From Candidatus Omnitrophota bacterium (GTDB taxonomy: Bacteria > Omnitrophota > Gorgyraeia > Gygaellales > Profunditerraquicolaceae): DNA of 64,000 bases. Both the position numbers and the translations under genes were made by a program. Of the stretch, positions 18,169 to 26,559 are shown in pieces (the first letter of the stretch is position 1; each line of letters begins with the position of its first letter). The stretch is taken from assembly GCA_963805065.1 (NCBI GenBank), contig CAWDSS010000010.1:211696-275695 (forward strand). Direction: 5' to 3'. The notes under the pieces are model-generated. The model had not been told where the DNA came from, did not search any database, and saw only the letters and a program-made list of their open reading frames with translations.

Positions 18169-18909
18169 TCAACCTAAGAGCACTTTTAATAAATACATAA
18201 GGGCAATACCGATGGTAAAAATCAACATGGTAAGCGCGGATTTTCCCAATTCATTTTCTTTATGTAATTCCGGAATCAAATCGCAAGCAGCGATGTAAAT
18301 AAAACCTCCTGCTGCCATCGGTAGTAGTATGCTGGAAAAACCGCTGACTCTGTTGGCAAAATAAAAACCAAATAGAGTCCCCAATACCGCAAATAAAGCC
18401 GAGACAAAATTAAAAATGAGCGCTTTAAATTTAGAGAACCCGCCATAAACCAAAACCATAAAGTTACCTAATTCATGGGGAATTTCATGGGAAATAATTG
18501 CCAGGGTCGCGGCAAATCCAAGTTTTATGTCTACCATAAAAAGCGTCCCCATAATCATCCCATCACTGAAATTATGGACTATGTCTCCCACAATATTCAA
18601 ATAAGTAAACATGTGCAATTCGCATTCCTTCTCATGGCAATGGCGCCAATACAGGTACTTCTCCATCACAAAAAATAGCATGAAACCTGCAACGACATAA
18701 AGAAATAATTGTATAGGGTCTTTTATGCGCTCCATTGACTCAGGCAAAATATGCAAGAATGCGCCCCCAATCAAACCTCCGGCAGCAAACGCCACCAAAA
18801 ATATGATTATTTTTCTTAGCAATTTGTCTTCGATTATCAGGGCAATAATGCCGATAAGCGAAATCAGGCTCACAATGAAACTGGCGGCAAGCGCAATTAA
18901 CAAATTCAT
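18169..18909 (-). CDS. ZIP family metal (zinc) transporter
   Basis: HEIPHELGNF signature in TM5 and HNFSDG in TM4. Confidence 0.8.
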   Translation of the reverse strand: MNLLIALAASFIVSLISLIGIIALIIEDKLLRKIIIFLVAFAAGGLIGGAFLHILPESMERIKDPIQLFLYVVAGFMLFFVMEKYLYWRHCHEKECELHMFTYLNIVGDIVHNFSDGMIMGTLFMVDIKLGFAATLAIISHEIPHELGNFMVLVYGGFSKFKALIFNFVSALFAVLGTLFGFYFANRVSGFSSILLPMAAGGFIYIAACDLIPELHKENELGKSALTMLIFTIGIALMYLLKVLLG

Positions 18910-19445
18910 ATCCTCACTCCTTTTCGCTGCTTCTTGTCATACGCCCTGGCCAATAGAAAACATAAATCCGAAAGCCGGTTTAGATAAACCAAAATAAAAT
19001 CATTCAGCAATGTGCCTTTTTTCTTTAACTTGACTGTCAGCCTTTCTGCCCTGCGGCATACGGTCCTGGCAACATCTAGACTCCCGGAAACGGTATTTCC
19101 TCCCGGCAGGCAAAAACAACTTTGTTTTAATGCCTTCTCCTTTTCCAGTTGAGCAATAATTTTTTCCAGGTTCACCACGTAACTTTTGTTTACTTTTTTC
19201 CCCAGCCTTGTAAGAAATTCCGGCTTAGTGGCAATCTCAGCGCACATGACAAATAAATCCCGCTGGATATCTTCAATTATTAATCTGTCCTTGCGTTCTT
19301 TAATCAGGCTCTTGGATAAACCCAGGAATGAAGACAGCTCATCCAGAGTGCCGCAGGCATCAACCCTTACGCTATCTTTACTTACCCTCTCTCCGCAATA
19401 TAGCGAGGTCATTCCCCTGTCTCCTGTTTTAGTGACTATGCTCAT
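18906..19445 (-). CDS. pduO: ATP:cob(I)alamin adenosyltransferase, PduO type
   Basis: TKTGDRGMTSL...RV..D..RV.A.GTLDELSS N-terminal pattern; 179 aa. Confidence 0.8.
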   Translation of the reverse strand: MSIVTKTGDRGMTSLYCGERVSKDSVRVDACGTLDELSSFLGLSKSLIKERKDRLIIEDIQRDLFVMCAEIATKPEFLTRLGKKVNKSYVVNLEKIIAQLEKEKALKQSCFCLPGGNTVSGSLDVARTVCRRAERLTVKLKKKGTLLNDFILVYLNRLSDLCFLLARAYDKKQRKGVRI

Positions 19446-19458
19446 AATTCTTTATTTT

Positions 19459-19950
19459 TTAGAATCGGCTGATGACCCACCTGCCGATAAAGTGGCTGGC
19501 TATAATTACGATAATTGCAATTCCTATGTGCTCGGATATCACGCGAAACGGCTTAGCCCCTCTATTCTTTGCTATCGTATAACTCATTGCAGTTAACAAC
19601 GCTAACCCCCATGATATTGAACAAAGCACTGCTAACTTTATGGACAGTGCCGCTACTAAAATAATGAATACCAGACAAACAAATAGACGCGCAAGGAAAT
19701 TGGTTAACGTAGAAAGCCAGACTTCTTTCTCATTGATGCATTCTGATTCCTGATAAATATGAATTCCCAGCGAATCAGCTATATTATCAGCCAAAGCAAT
19801 AACCAATATCCCTCCTATAATGCTTAACTTAGGATGCGCCAAAGTATCCAAACCGGTAATAAGCCCAAGGTTTGTTATAACGGCTGATGTGACGCCAAAA
19901 CTGAATTTAGTTTGATAAAGCCGCTGATTGCTTTTAAGTATTTTTAACAT
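19459..19950 (-). CDS. VIT1/CCC1-like membrane protein (putative Fe/Mn transporter, short form)
   Basis: FGVTSAVITNLGLITGL and a C-terminal 3-TM pattern. Confidence 0.55.
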   Translation of the reverse strand: MLKILKSNQRLYQTKFSFGVTSAVITNLGLITGLDTLAHPKLSIIGGILVIALADNIADSLGIHIYQESECINEKEVWLSTLTNFLARLFVCLVFIILVAALSIKLAVLCSISWGLALLTAMSYTIAKNRGAKPFRVISEHIGIAIIVIIASHFIGRWVISRF

Positions 19951-20193
19951 AAGACAATTGTATCTAATTCTAAACCGTGGAAGGAAATCTTTATTTTTTA
20001 ACTATGATACTAAAGAACAAAGCCCAAACAAATAATCTTCGTTCAATCATACTATCTCCTTTTTAGGTGTATTTTAGTCTAAATAAAAACTTTCTGCAAT
20101 ATCTTTAGGAAATAATACCTGTTCATATTTTTATCATATCACCGTTAATCAAGAAGTCAAGAAAACCCTATCTTTTTGATATATGCTTTTCTC

Positions 20194-20221
20194 TTGACTG
20201 GAAACCGATTTAATGTAAAAT
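20194..20221 (+). promoter_or_regulatory. candidate promoter for the tRNA-Asn gene
   Basis: TTGACT-16-TAAAAT, about 48 nt upstream of the tRNA 5' end. Confidence 0.35.
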
Positions 20222-20269
20222 ATCTTCTACAATTCCCACTCATTTAAGTTTTGCTCTTTATAACTCAAT

Positions 20270-20600
20270 TCCCCCTTAGCTCAGTTGGTAGAGCGAGTGG
20301 CTGTGCGAGGCCAAAGGCCGAAAAGCGCAGCTCCCGCGGGAAACCGCGGCTGAAACTGCAGGAGAATTGCTGGAAGCCCATAGAAAAATATGGGTAATCA
20401 GCAGCCGAGCCTCGCAGAAAGCGAAGCACCAAACCATCCGATAGGTTTGGGTGCCTAACGCAGAAAACGAGGAAGGTTCAGAGACTATGCACCTGCTGCC
20501 TAAAGGGAAACCTATGGTAAAGATATAGTCCACTTCCGAAAGTAATTTCGGGTCAAGTGTAACCACCAGGTCCGAGGTTCGAGTCCTCGAGGGGGAGCCA
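20270..20600 (+). tRNA. tRNA-Asn(GUU) interrupted in the anticodon loop by a group I intron
   Basis: Exon 1 is 20270-20304: TCCCCCT TA GCTC AGTTGGTA GAGC G AGTGG CTGT. Exon 2 is 20560-20600: TAA CCACC AGGTC CGAGG TTCGAGT CCTCG AGGGGGA G CCA. Joined, they give a 76-nt cloverleaf with loop CTGTTAA, U1-A72, G73 and an encoded CCA. Confidence 0.8.
20305..20559 (+). ncRNA. group I intron (IC3-like, tRNA-intron type), 255 nt, no ORF
   Basis: P1 is GCUGU|GC pairing with GCGCAGC, with U.G at the splice site. P2 is CCGCGG-GAAA-CCGCGG, P7 is GACUAU/AUAGUC, J8/7 is AAGAUAUAGUC, P8 is CCUAAAGG-GAAA-CCUAUGG. The terminal nucleotide is G. The core string CAGAGACUAUGCACCUGCUGCCUAAAGGGAAACCUAUGG resembles known bacterial tRNA introns. 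Confidence 0.8.
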
Positions 20601-22244
20601 ATTCTTGTGAAAATCCGAACCTGCTTTTTTCTGGGATAGAGAGCGATAATACGTCTCAATTTCGGGAATTTGGTAAAGGGTAAGCTTAATTTTAAACCAC
20701 TTAGTTCGGATTTTAGTAATAAAAGCCCCACGTTCTTTTGGGGCTTTTTCTTTGGTAGGGTCAAATCCCCATACAGTTATCTCTTTGATCAGCAACTGGA
20801 AGAGCTCTTTTTGATCTTCTATGGGGAGAGAATTAATAATCTTGTCAAAGGAAAGCAGTGTTTTCTTAATCATCTCGGCATCAAGTATGTCCTGTTTACA
20901 GCGCTCAATATCTAAAAGCAGTTTTTCTTTTTGATTCTCAAGTAAGCCCTTTTCTTTGAGTAATGTTTTGTATTCCTCAGTAATTTCTTTTCCTACCATA
21001 TCAGCAGATTTCATAATCTTAATTAGCCTATTAACTTCGGCAGTTGTTTTACCAAGTAAATTATCGGTTTTATTCAAATCTTCTTGAAGCGGTTTAATTT
21101 TCTTTTTATTGATTTGCGTAGAATTCCTGATAGATGATTCTATTAGCGCTTTGTTTTGCCCTAAGTCTACGAGACATTTCTTAATAATATTTTCAAAATC
21201 CCTTGCCGGAAGTGCTCTTACTCTACAGGCTGAATGTTTGCCGTTATCCACAACCTTACCGCAGGCATAATAAAGGTAAGGTATGCCATTTCTATCTTTC
21301 TTACCCGCAGGATAAGGAGTCAGCAAAGTGTCGCATTCGCCGCATTTAGCAAGGCCTTTTAAAAGATGGACATGGGTATCTTTGCTGTATTCTTCCTTTT
21401 TTGGCTTTATAGGCTTTAAAAGCTTATTAGCCTTTTCCCATGTATTAGCGCTTATTATTCCTTGGTGTTCGCCTTTAAATTCTTCATTGTCAAATTGTAT
21501 AAAACCTTTATAGATAGGGTTCGCTATGACTTTCTTAATAAAGTCCTCATTGAGGCGATTCTCGCCAATATTTTTCTTATCTCCATTTTTAGTAGTTATT
21601 GTCCGGGTTTTTGTCCTGAAGCCCTTTGCATTAAGGAAATTTGCAATTTCGCTGGCTTTTCTGCCTTCAATGAAAAGATTAAAAATCTTTTTTACAGCTT
21701 GAGTCTCATGTTTATTAATCAATAATTTTTTTGTTTCTTTGTTGTAATCATAGCCAAAAGGCAACCATCCACCATGCCATTTGCCTAGACGGGCGCGCTG
21801 TTTCATTTTATCCTTTGTTTTCTCAGCAGTATTTTCCCTTTCAAATTGAGCAAAGCTAAGCAAAACATTAAGCATTAGCTTTCCCATTGCATTGGAACTA
21901 TCGAATTGCTGGGTTGCTGAAACAAACGTTACATTATGAGCTTCAAATAGATCCCATAAGCTATAAAAATCTTTAATGCTTCTGACTAAGCGTTCTATCT
22001 TATAAACTATAACAACATCAATTTTGCCGGATTTTATATCTGAAATTAGATTTTGGATACCCGGTCTTTCAAGGTCCTTACCTGAGAAACCCGGATCAGT
22101 ATAGGCGTGGATAAATTTCCAGTCTTTTTCCTTTTGGATCTCAATATAATGTTTACAGATGTCTATCTGTGAATCAATAGAGCTGTATTGTCCTGAGGCC
22201 TGTTCGTCAGTTGAGACCCTTGCATATATGAAACATTTGACCAC
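20553..22244 (-). CDS. large serine recombinase (integrase)
   Basis: N-terminal resolvase domain YARVSTDEQ...SIDSQ, a recombinase domain, a zinc ribbon CGECD...YYACG and a long coiled coil. GTG start after AAGGGGGA. The last 14 codons overlap the tRNA exon 2 on the opposite strand. Confidence 0.9.
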   Translation of the reverse strand: MVKCFIYARVSTDEQASGQYSSIDSQIDICKHYIEIQKEKDWKFIHAYTDPGFSGKDLERPGIQNLISDIKSGKIDVVIVYKIERLVRSIKDFYSLWDLFEAHNVTFVSATQQFDSSNAMGKLMLNVLLSFAQFERENTAEKTKDKMKQRARLGKWHGGWLPFGYDYNKETKKLLINKHETQAVKKIFNLFIEGRKASEIANFLNAKGFRTKTRTITTKNGDKKNIGENRLNEDFIKKVIANPIYKGFIQFDNEEFKGEHQGIISANTWEKANKLLKPIKPKKEEYSKDTHVHLLKGLAKCGECDTLLTPYPAGKKDRNGIPYLYYACGKVVDNGKHSACRVRALPARDFENIIKKCLVDLGQNKALIESSIRNSTQINKKKIKPLQEDLNKTDNLLGKTTAEVNRLIKIMKSADMVGKEITEEYKTLLKEKGLLENQKEKLLLDIERCKQDILDAEMIKKTLLSFDKIINSLPIEDQKELFQLLIKEITVWGFDPTKEKAPKERGAFITKIRTKWFKIKLTLYQIPEIETYYRSLSQKKAGSDFHKNWLPLEDSNLGPGGYT

Positions 22245-22267
22245 GATATCCCCCTTTTTATGGAGGC

Positions 22268-22295
22268 ATTATAGCATTTATTAAGAGGTAGTCAA
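22268..22295 (-). promoter_or_regulatory. promoter of the serine recombinase gene
   Basis: Reverse strand reads TTGACT-16-TATAAT, about 24 nt upstream of the GTG. Confidence 0.5.
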
Positions 22296-22318
22296 CTATA
22301 TTCTACCCGAACTTTTAT

Positions 22319-22449
22319 ATAAGGCTGTGTCCTTTCTTTTGGCTTTAGGGTTTTGGGTGATTTTTTGTTGGGTAAGGTATGCGGTAGCCTTCGGCAGGAT
22401 TGTTGGAAAAACCGCCTGAAGGCTTACCGCAAGCCATTAACTTTAAGCG
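22319..22449. repeat. left copy of the 131-bp inverted repeat
   Basis: Reverse complement of 28832-28962. Two mismatches lie in the central part (22396-22425) and divergence appears only in the innermost ~10 nt. Confidence 0.85.
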
Positions 22450-22474
22450 CTTCCTATAACCTACTGAATAAATC

Positions 22475-22502
22475 TTGACTACGATAACAGATTGTATATA
22501 AT
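22475..22502 (+). promoter_or_regulatory. promoter of the HTH operon
   Basis: TTGACT-16-TATAAT upstream of 22534. Confidence 0.45.
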
Positions 22503-22533
22503 GGTATTAAATCATATACGGATAGGGGTGACT

Positions 22534-22728
22534 ATGGGAAATATATTAGTTACTAAAGAAGTGGCTGAAATGCTGCGAGTGAGCGAAGAATATGTTAGGG
22601 AACTAATTCGCCGAAGAAAACTAAAAGCCTACAAAGAAGGCAGACGCGGAGGCTTTAGAGTGACGATAAAGGCGGTCGAGGACTACATAAATAAAAAACA
22701 CAGAGAAATGGAGGTTTGCAAGAGATGA
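22534..22728 (+). CDS. excisionase-family helix-turn-helix DNA-binding protein
   Basis: LVTKEVAEMLRVSEEYVRELIRRRKLKAYKEGRRGGFRV is the typical HTH_17/Xis-like pattern. Confidence 0.65.
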   Translation: MGNILVTKEVAEMLRVSEEYVRELIRRRKLKAYKEGRRGGFRVTIKAVEDYINKKHREMEVCKR

Positions 22729-22937
22729 AATATGCATATTTCATAGGTGGGTTGGTGGGATTTGGTTTGAGCTTTATAGTTCATAGGTTTTTTATTCAGT
22801 TTATCGTGCTCGCTGTATTTCTCATAATCCTTTATGTTATAGAAAAGAATAGCTGCGATGTAGCAGCATTAAAGAAATCCATTGAAGAGCATAATGAGTT
22901 AATAAAGAAAGACATAGAGGAGATGAAGAGAAAATGA
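22716..22937 (+). CDS. small membrane protein
   Basis: 73 aa with two hydrophobic helices and a charged C-terminal helix. It overlaps both neighbours. Confidence 0.45.
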   Translation: MQEMKYAYFIGGLVGFGLSFIVHRFFIQFIVLAVFLIILYVIEKNSCDVAALKKSIEEHNELIKKDIEEMKRK

Positions 22938-23722
22938 TGGTGAATCTTCGATCTGATTTTTTTCGAGTTTTAGAAGAGAAAAAGTGCTGGTGGGTTATTA
23001 AGTCATTAGAAAGTCAAAATCCTGATGTTAACAGGCAGTTAGAAGAATTTGATAGTGTTGCTTACGATATAGAAACATCTTCTTGCCATAATAAGAGGCT
23101 CTTACATACAAAATGTGAACATGTAATTAACCGAATTACACCAGGAAGAATTGATTTTGTAATTTCACGTGAACTACAGCCGATATCGCTTCCTGAACTT
23201 TATGAACATCAACCGGGAGTAAGGAATATCTTGGAGAGTGCTTATGCTGAGAATGTGTTTCGTGCTTCCGTTCTTTCTGAGATTAAAGTGTTTGATGAAT
23301 TAACTAAATTGAATATAAAGGAAATTAAATTTCTGGAAGAAGAGCCTAAGCGTAAAACACCAGATTTCAAGGTACTGCATAATGGTCAAAATATTTTTGT
23401 GGAAGTTAAATGTATTAACCCAGAGAAAGAAGAAGAACAAAGGATGATGTTTGGTCTTGTTGAATTTGTCGAGCTTAATTCAGGTTGGTGGGAGAAAGTG
23501 AAGAAGAAGCTTTCGGATGCCTTAAAAGATGCTAGGGCTAAATTTGAGGCTGTGAATGCGTATGCTGAAAATTGTAAAAGATGGGTATATGTTTCTATTA
23601 TTTGGTGGAGTGCCGATGCTAGTTCTCAACATGAAGCCCCCGAAAAGCTAATCACTGCTACGTTAATTCATGAGTTTGAAATGGAGTTTGGAGTCGAACT
23701 TAAATTTTTTAAAACATTTTAA
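22934..23722 (+). CDS. hypothetical protein with a possible PD-(D/E)xK nuclease core
   Basis: KTPDFKVLHNGQNIFVEVKC gives a D...E-x-K arrangement. ATGA overlap with the upstream gene. Confidence 0.4.
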   Translation: MMVNLRSDFFRVLEEKKCWWVIKSLESQNPDVNRQLEEFDSVAYDIETSSCHNKRLLHTKCEHVINRITPGRIDFVISRELQPISLPELYEHQPGVRNILESAYAENVFRASVLSEIKVFDELTKLNIKEIKFLEEEPKRKTPDFKVLHNGQNIFVEVKCINPEKEEEQRMMFGLVEFVELNSGWWEKVKKKLSDALKDARAKFEAVNAYAENCKRWVYVSIIWWSADASSQHEAPEKLITATLIHEFEMEFGVELKFFKTF

Positions 23723-23852
23723 GAAAATGATCACTCAGGGATGTAGGATTGTTCTGATGAAAAAATGAATGAAGATCAATTAATTAAATAAGTAATTAGG
23801 GCGCTGGGTAGATACAAAATGAATACGAGTAAATAACATAAGGATAAACGCT

Positions 23853-24170
23853 ATGAAACAAAATGCCTTTCTAATTAAAACCCTATTAGTCAGTTCAATA
23901 ATAATGCTACTCCTTTGTTTCATAACCAGACTCCCTCACGGTTATTACACATTACTTCGCCTCGTTATATTTATTACAAGTGTTATAATAGCCATAGCTG
24001 CTTTTAAGTTTAAGAAAAAGGCGTGGAGTATAACAGTGGGGTTGATTGCTTTTTTGTTTAATCCCATAGTCCCTGTTTATCTAAATAAATCAACTTGGAA
24101 ATTAATTGATTTAGCGGTTGTAGTTCTATTTATTATTTTATTACTTAAGATAAATAAAGACGGCATATGA
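23853..24170 (+). CDS. small three-TM membrane protein
   Basis: 105 aa, hydrophobic throughout. Overlaps the next gene. Confidence 0.5.
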   Translation: MKQNAFLIKTLLVSSIIMLLLCFITRLPHGYYTLLRLVIFITSVIIAIAAFKFKKKAWSITVGLIAFLFNPIVPVYLNKSTWKLIDLAVVVLFIILLLKINKDGI

Positions 24171-24799
24171 GCTGGCTAAATAGTTTTAAAAAAGATGAGC
24201 TTGAAATATGTAAGCTATCAAATCTTATTTTTAAAGCTTCCGCTTCATTGGTAGAAATAATAAAGCCTGACTTAAAAATGAAATTTGGAAAAGACGATAA
24301 AGAATATCATATGAAATATTTTATAGTCTTTAATGAATTTTTGTTCTTTTTTCTTCATATGGCAAATAGATGTACATTTAATCAATTTGGTAATGAAAAA
24401 AAGAATAGGTTAGAGGAAGAACTGCTTCCAATTACTGCTGTAACTTCAATTGCAACTTTATGTAAAGGATGGCCGCAGGAGTTAATAAAGAAAATTGAGA
24501 ATGAATTTTATCAGAATTTTTCTACCGCCGACCAAGAATATAGTGAGGCAAAAGAATGGTTTTTAACATCAGAAGAAAATAAGACTGGTGAAAAATTTCT
24601 TGAAAGTCTAATAAATAACACCCCAAGAAAAAAGAGCAATGGTGTTCTTAATCGTTTAATTGATAATATATCAGTCATTCTTTTTGAGAAAGAGATAGTG
24701 GATTATGTTTTTTCAATACGCATCATCGAGGGCGTAAATGAATTTTTCAACAAAGATTTTCAGGCCTTGGTTTTAAAATCGGTTAAGGAGTTAAAATAG
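24167..24799 (+). CDS. hypothetical protein
   Basis: 210-aa ORF, translationally coupled to its neighbours. No recognisable motif. Confidence 0.5.
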   Translation: MSWLNSFKKDELEICKLSNLIFKASASLVEIIKPDLKMKFGKDDKEYHMKYFIVFNEFLFFFLHMANRCTFNQFGNEKKNRLEEELLPITAVTSIATLCKGWPQELIKKIENEFYQNFSTADQEYSEAKEWFLTSEENKTGEKFLESLINNTPRKKSNGVLNRLIDNISVILFEKEIVDYVFSIRIIEGVNEFFNKDFQALVLKSVKELK

Positions 24800-24802
24800 T
24801 TT

Positions 24803-25309
24803 ATGTGGCCATTTGGTGATGAAATAAGCTTACCTCGGTTTAAAAAAGATATTCGGGGAAACTTAATATTTGAGTTAACAGAAGAAGAGGATCTGGCAGT
24901 ACAAAAACAGTTCGATTCTTTTAAAAGACCGGTAGAGGTATTCGCAGTTAGAAAAGAAGTAGTTGATGAGACAAATCGGGGGATAACAGCGCAAGCGTTA
25001 TTCCATTACGCTACGCTTCAGATAACATTGTCTGGATTTGATTCAAATAAGAATAATAGCAAAGAATTTATTGATAAAGCCATTGCTTCAATAGCGAAGG
25101 CGTACAGTTTTTGTCCCCTGCCTATTTTTATATACGATTTAGCTTGTTTTATAGAAATGAATGGAAGAACAAAAGAGGCAAAAGGCGTGTTTAAAAGTTT
25201 TTTGGATTTGCAAAATAATTTCAAACCAAGTCAGATGCAGGAAATATTTCTAAATACACTAGGAAGAGATATTGATGAAGCGATAAAGGATGCAAAAGTA
25301 AAGCTGTAA
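24803..25309 (+). CDS. hypothetical protein (helical, TPR-like C-terminal half)
   Basis: 168-aa ORF starting 4 nt after the previous stop. Confidence 0.45.
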   Translation: MWPFGDEISLPRFKKDIRGNLIFELTEEEDLAVQKQFDSFKRPVEVFAVRKEVVDETNRGITAQALFHYATLQITLSGFDSNKNNSKEFIDKAIASIAKAYSFCPLPIFIYDLACFIEMNGRTKEAKGVFKSFLDLQNNFKPSQMQEIFLNTLGRDIDEAIKDAKVKL

Positions 25310-25354
25310 AATTACAAGGAATTAGGCCAAAAATATTGAAAAAGAAGGGGGGCT

Positions 25355-25885
25355 ATGAAGAATATAATCAAGTTTTTAAAAAACTCGTCTTTAAGCATTT
25401 TAGGCTTTTCCGTAATCATTTTAATAATGCTTGTAGGGTTAATTGTAATTATTGGACTCGCAAAGATTTCTGAAAAAGTTATGCCATATTTAATGGCGAC
25501 TTCTGTATGGTGTTTGGTCATCTTTGTTCTTTTAATCCTCCCCTTGTCGTTGATTAAGCCCTTAAGAAGCATCTTGTCCATAATTTCTTATATTTTCTCT
25601 TTCGTTTTCGGAATTTTTACTTGGTCATTAGCCCTAGTATCGCTATGGTTCTATTGGGGGTTCTTATCAATATTCTTAATTTTGTTCTTACATGCGTTCG
25701 TTCCGGCTGCCATGATAGTGCTTTTATTTAAAGGGCAATTCTCTGTAATATTGACACTTCTAATCGGTTTAATCTTAACTTACGGTATGCGATTTTATAG
25801 CCTATGGTTAGGAAGCTTGCAGTATAAGAATCAAAAAAGCAAAACTGATATCATTGATATTAGCTCGTCATCTATAAACGAATAG
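25355..25885 (+). CDS. polytopic membrane protein
   Basis: 176 aa with about five hydrophobic helices. GGGGGC-type RBS region upstream. Confidence 0.5.
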   Translation: MKNIIKFLKNSSLSILGFSVIILIMLVGLIVIIGLAKISEKVMPYLMATSVWCLVIFVLLILPLSLIKPLRSILSIISYIFSFVFGIFTWSLALVSLWFYWGFLSIFLILFLHAFVPAAMIVLLFKGQFSVILTLLIGLILTYGMRFYSLWLGSLQYKNQKSKTDIIDISSSSINE

Positions 25886-26077
25886 ATATTAATGTTGTAG
25901 AAAGTTTATTGTGGAAAATGAATAAAACCCAGTTAACAGCTGCTTGTATTATTGCAATCTCGCTATCAATAATCTCTCAAAAAAACCTTGACGACAACAG
26001 AATTATAATGTATAGTTAAATTGTCTTAAGTTTTTGATAATTTGGTGAAGATTCAAACAGCCTTATTGGAAGAACCA

Positions 26078-26126
26078 AGGGGCTGGTTTTCGAATATCTC
26101 AAGTTCGGAAGCCAGCCCCTTTTTTT
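26078..26126 (+). terminator. rho-independent terminator of the cargo operon
   Basis: AGGGGCTGGTTTTCGAA...TTCGGAAGCCAGCCCCT followed by TTTTTT. The two non-Watson-Crick positions are U.G only on the + strand. Confidence 0.65.
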
Positions 26127-26129
26127 GTG

Positions 26130-26158
26130 TTGACAAAGGTAAAATCACGATGTATATT
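26130..26158 (+). promoter_or_regulatory. promoter of the replication-module leader
   Basis: TTGACA-17-TATATT. Confidence 0.5.
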
Positions 26159-26164
26159 TTAACT

Positions 26165-26287
26165 AGTAGTAAACAAATTAGTTTTATCCAGTCGCAGTAT
26201 ACTCGGTCTCGTAACTTAAGTGGATCAGAGCAAAACCGGGCTGGCATTTCCGAATTAAAAAGCGGAAGTGCCAGCCTTTTTGTTTTT
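26165..26287 (+). ncRNA. candidate ~120-nt leader or small RNA ending in an intrinsic terminator upstream of the replication genes
   Basis: The promoter at 26130-26158 is followed by the hairpin GGCTGGCATTTCCG...CGGAAGTGCCAGCC (26239-26276) plus TTTTTGTTTTT. The single wobble is U.G only on the + strand. Confidence 0.35.
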
Positions 26288-26312
26288 GGCCAAGTAGGAG
26301 ATTTATGAAAAC

Positions 26313-26546
26313 ATGAATAATAACACCTATTCAACAAACGACCTCTGGCTTTCAGCTTTCCTAAAGGCAAAAGGCTTAAAGATTATCCGCATTGAAGGCA
26401 ATAACCGAAGAGCTGTCTTTGTTTTTGAGGATACCCCAGATAGAAAAGACTTAATCGAAGAATTCTACAATAACGGCTCTATAGGCATAACTTTAATTAA
26501 AAACGCCATGGCAGATTTGAAATCTGCCATTTTTAACATGGAGTAA
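26313..26546 (+). CDS. small phage/plasmid-associated protein (DUF5659-like)
   Basis: TNDLWLSAFLKAKGLKIIRIEG..RRAVFVFED matches the pattern I recall for that family. Confidence 0.45.
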   Translation: MNNNTYSTNDLWLSAFLKAKGLKIIRIEGNNRRAVFVFEDTPDRKDLIEEFYNNGSIGITLIKNAMADLKSAIFNME

Positions 26547-26559
26547 ACAGGAGCAAAAA

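Noticed and set aside
20302-20560. Alternative splice assignment giving tRNA-Thr(UGU), with the exon ending at CT and the intron ending at ...CAAG
   Set aside because: P1 would be only 4 bp (GGCU/GGCC), against a 7-bp P1 with a central U.G for the Asn solution. U1-A72 with G73 is the bacterial tRNA-Asn pattern. It remains formally possible until splicing is tested.
20276-20764. 162-aa ORF on the minus strand
   Set aside because: It is antisense to the tRNA-Asn exons and the group I intron and overlaps the end of the recombinase gene. It has no RBS, and its composition simply mirrors the structured RNA.
26042-26370. Mutually antisense ORFs of 88 and 105 aa
   Set aside because: The region contains a terminator, a consensus promoter and a second terminator, and neither ORF has an RBS. 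It is better interpreted as a non-coding leader or sRNA.
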